Positions 62,092 to 64,000 of a stretch of 64,000 nt of DNA are shown piece after piece. The notes below the pieces were generated by a model that saw only the letters and a list, made by a program, of their open reading frames with translations, was not told where the DNA came from and searched no databases. The position numbers were made by a program, and so were the translations under genes. The stretch is taken from contig OZ251539.1 of assembly GCA_965243135.1 (NCBI GenBank), positions 5,248,001 through 5,312,000 on the forward strand. Reading direction: 5' to 3'. Source of the DNA: Alphaproteobacteria bacterium (GTDB lineage Bacteria > Pseudomonadota > Alphaproteobacteria > MPNO01 > UBA830). How positions within the stretch are numbered: the first letter of the stretch is position 1; each line of letters begins with the position of its first letter.

Positions 62092-63266
62092 GCTGCCTCC
62101 GCGATTTGGGCCGATGCCCAGGAAGCGAGTTCGTCAAGCGTGACTCGCTCGCCTGCGTGGGCGGGAGCCGGTTCGATCATGGTGGCGAACCTCCGATCCT
62201 CGTGTTCGCCGTACATAGCGTCGAAACGCGCCAGATAATCGTCAAGCGCCTTGGTCGCCTTGGCCTTCACTTCCCTTTTGCTCACCGGATCCATGAAAGC
62301 GTTGGCGAGCGTGCGTGGCTGCCGTTCTCCCGCCTCGGCTAGCATCAGTTCGGCGCATGCGTAAGGCGCCGTCGCCCCTAACTTTGCGCCGGGGGAGACG
62401 GTCGCGATCAGATGAACCAACCGCCGCAGTGCGCTCTTGGCCAGTTCCAGGTCGCCGGAGAGGTTCTTCGTCAGTTGCCGCAGGTCGACGACGGTATAGG
62501 CGTAGAACAGACCGCTGGTGAGTTCGGTCGTGTTGATATGGCCGGAGCCGAGTTCGCCTCCTTCCGCCACCAGATCGTCCAGGGCCGAGAAGTAGTCGGG
62601 TTCGGCCTCCTCCGCATGTACAGTGAAGCTGTGAGCGACATGGACCGCCGCATCGTAGCGGGCCATCGAATCCGAGGTCACCATGCGGCCAAACAATGCG
62701 GCGTCCACGCCGGCGCCGCGGGCGAGAGCCTTCAGATTGTCCTTGCTCTTTCTGTCCTTGAAGTAGGATTTGACTGCTTTCTTGGTCTCCGCCGGATCGT
62801 CTTTCGCGAGTTCGGCGGCGAGGTCGGTGAGGAACGCGATCTCCGGCTCTCCGAAGACGATGACTTGCTCCGTGCGCAGTCCAGCGAATGGTTCCGCCGC
62901 TTCGTCTGTTATTTCCGACGCCGTATCGCGAGCGGCTCGCGCCTTCTCGCTCTTGCCGAGGACGACGGAGCGTATGGGATCCAGAACGTTTAGAATCTGC
63001 TCCGTCGAGAGTTGGCGATCCTTCAGACGCGGTGCGATGACGTCGCTGAAAATCCTCCGCGAACGCAGTGCTTTGCCGGAATCGATCCCATCAAGCGACC
63101 ATTCGCCGCCCTGTTCGCGCCAGTGGCGCTTCAGGCATTGAGAGGATACGCGGATGCGGTCGCAGCCGCCGAACGGCAGGCGCTTTGCCCTGCCGATGTC
63201 GTCGCGGTTGAGAAGGGTGGCGGAAAAGCCGGTAAGGGTGTGAAGCTGCAGGAAATTCGTAGTCAT
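62088..63266 (-). CDS. cas7e: Type I-E Cas7/Cse4
   Basis: LNRDDIGRAK, RVSSQCLKRHWR, ALFGRM, VAHSFTVH, DYFSALDDL. Confidence 0.95.
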   Translation of the reverse strand: MTTNFLQLHTLTGFSATLLNRDDIGRAKRLPFGGCDRIRVSSQCLKRHWREQGGEWSLDGIDSGKALRSRRIFSDVIAPRLKDRQLSTEQILNVLDPIRSVVLGKSEKARAARDTASEITDEAAEPFAGLRTEQVIVFGEPEIAFLTDLAAELAKDDPAETKKAVKSYFKDRKSKDNLKALARGAGVDAALFGRMVTSDSMARYDAAVHVAHSFTVHAEEAEPDYFSALDDLVAEGGELGSGHINTTELTSGLFYAYTVVDLRQLTKNLSGDLELAKSALRRLVHLIATVSPGAKLGATAPYACAELMLAEAGERQPRTLANAFMDPVSKREVKAKATKALDDYLARFDAMYGEHEDRRFATMIEPAPAHAGERVTLDELASWASAQIAEAA

Positions 63267-63288
63267 GGGGCACGTCTCCGGTTGGGGT

Positions 63289-63861
63289 TCAGGATGTTGC
63301 CGCTTGTACCCGGAAGTAGTCGCGGGCGAGCCGGTGGGTTACGGTATTGGGGGGGCGGATTTTCAGGCCGCGGACGCCGGGGGCGATGCGGCCGAGGATT
63401 AGCTCCGTCGGCTCGCGCCAGTTCGCTTTCTGCCCGGCGCCGGAGAGCCAGGCGGCGGCGATTCGGGTTTCGCGAGCCAAGTCCTCGTCCTTGGCCCGCA
63501 AGAAGCGAACGAAGCGCGCTTCCGCGTATCCGGTTTTGGCGAGTGCCGCCCCGAAGGTCTCGTCGCTCCTGTGCGGGTCGGGCGCGGCTTCGGCCATGGC
63601 GCGAAGCAGGCTGGCCCAGGCGAGATCGACCCTGTCGTTGTCGCGGTCCTCCGGTTCGCGCCACGCCGCCGGTACGTTCCTGAGATAGAAATCCCAGAAG
63701 CTCGGGGGGAACTCTTTCCATGCCATTCGGCGAAGCTCGGCCAGACGGCCGGTGCCGATCCGGTCCGCGTTCAGTGCGCCCGAGACAGTGGCGACGACGC
63801 GCCCGATGAATTCCGGCGTCTTGTCGGGAGCAGGAGTTTCAAGTATCGCTCTATCGTTCAT
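63289..63861 (-). CDS. cse2: Type I-E Cas11/Cse2
   Basis: LAELRR, AEARFVRFL, LARDYF; lies between cas8e and cas7. Confidence 0.8.
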   Translation of the reverse strand: MNDRAILETPAPDKTPEFIGRVVATVSGALNADRIGTGRLAELRRMAWKEFPPSFWDFYLRNVPAAWREPEDRDNDRVDLAWASLLRAMAEAAPDPHRSDETFGAALAKTGYAEARFVRFLRAKDEDLARETRIAAAWLSGAGQKANWREPTELILGRIAPGVRGLKIRPPNTVTHRLARDYFRVQAATS

Positions 63862-64000
63862 TCCGTGTCCTCCTGTGCGTCGTGGCTAAATGCGTCGGGC
63901 AGGCATTTGCGCAAGCCTCCGTAGAATACGGCCTCGGAGGCCGCGCGCGCTTTCTCGCGTCTCGCGCCGGGCGCGGCGGTGGCCCAGACCTCGCGGGCAA
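63858..64000 (-). CDS. C-terminus of a probable Cas8e/Cse1 (partial)
   Basis: Open frame ...REKARAASEAVFYGGLRKCLP...* whose stop overlaps the cse2 ATG; called from position only. Confidence 0.6.
   Translation of the reverse strand, partial: AREVWATAAPGARREKARAASEAVFYGGLRKCLPDAFSHDAQEDTE

Overview
High-GC window, probably alphaproteobacterial (ruvX/AEC/pyrB/pyrC/plsY synteny), dominated by three CRISPR-Cas systems, each with its own cas1-cas2. (1) Type II-C: tracrRNA, compact Cas9, cas1, cas2 and about 116 repeats. (2) Type III-B variant: divergent cas6, cmr2-5, a Cmr6-Cmr1 fusion, a CARF-HEPN effector, cas1, cas2, 48 repeats and a convergent Csx1. (3) Type I-E: partial cas8e, cas11, cas7, cas5, cas6e, cas1, cas2 and about 79 repeats. 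Also present: an edge-truncated ParB-like/ABC-ATPase fusion missed by the ORF track, an IS66 remnant with a DUF4338 gene, tRNA-Arg, ABC transporters, an intact ISAs1 element and a small oxidoreductase cassette. The most unusual feature is the type III array trailer. After removing the IS, about 0.8 kb carrying an unknown 135-aa ORF and a long hairpin RNA separates the array from a solitary repeat that keeps its hairpin and overlaps the csx1 terminator. All family calls rest on motifs recognised by eye; no database search was run.
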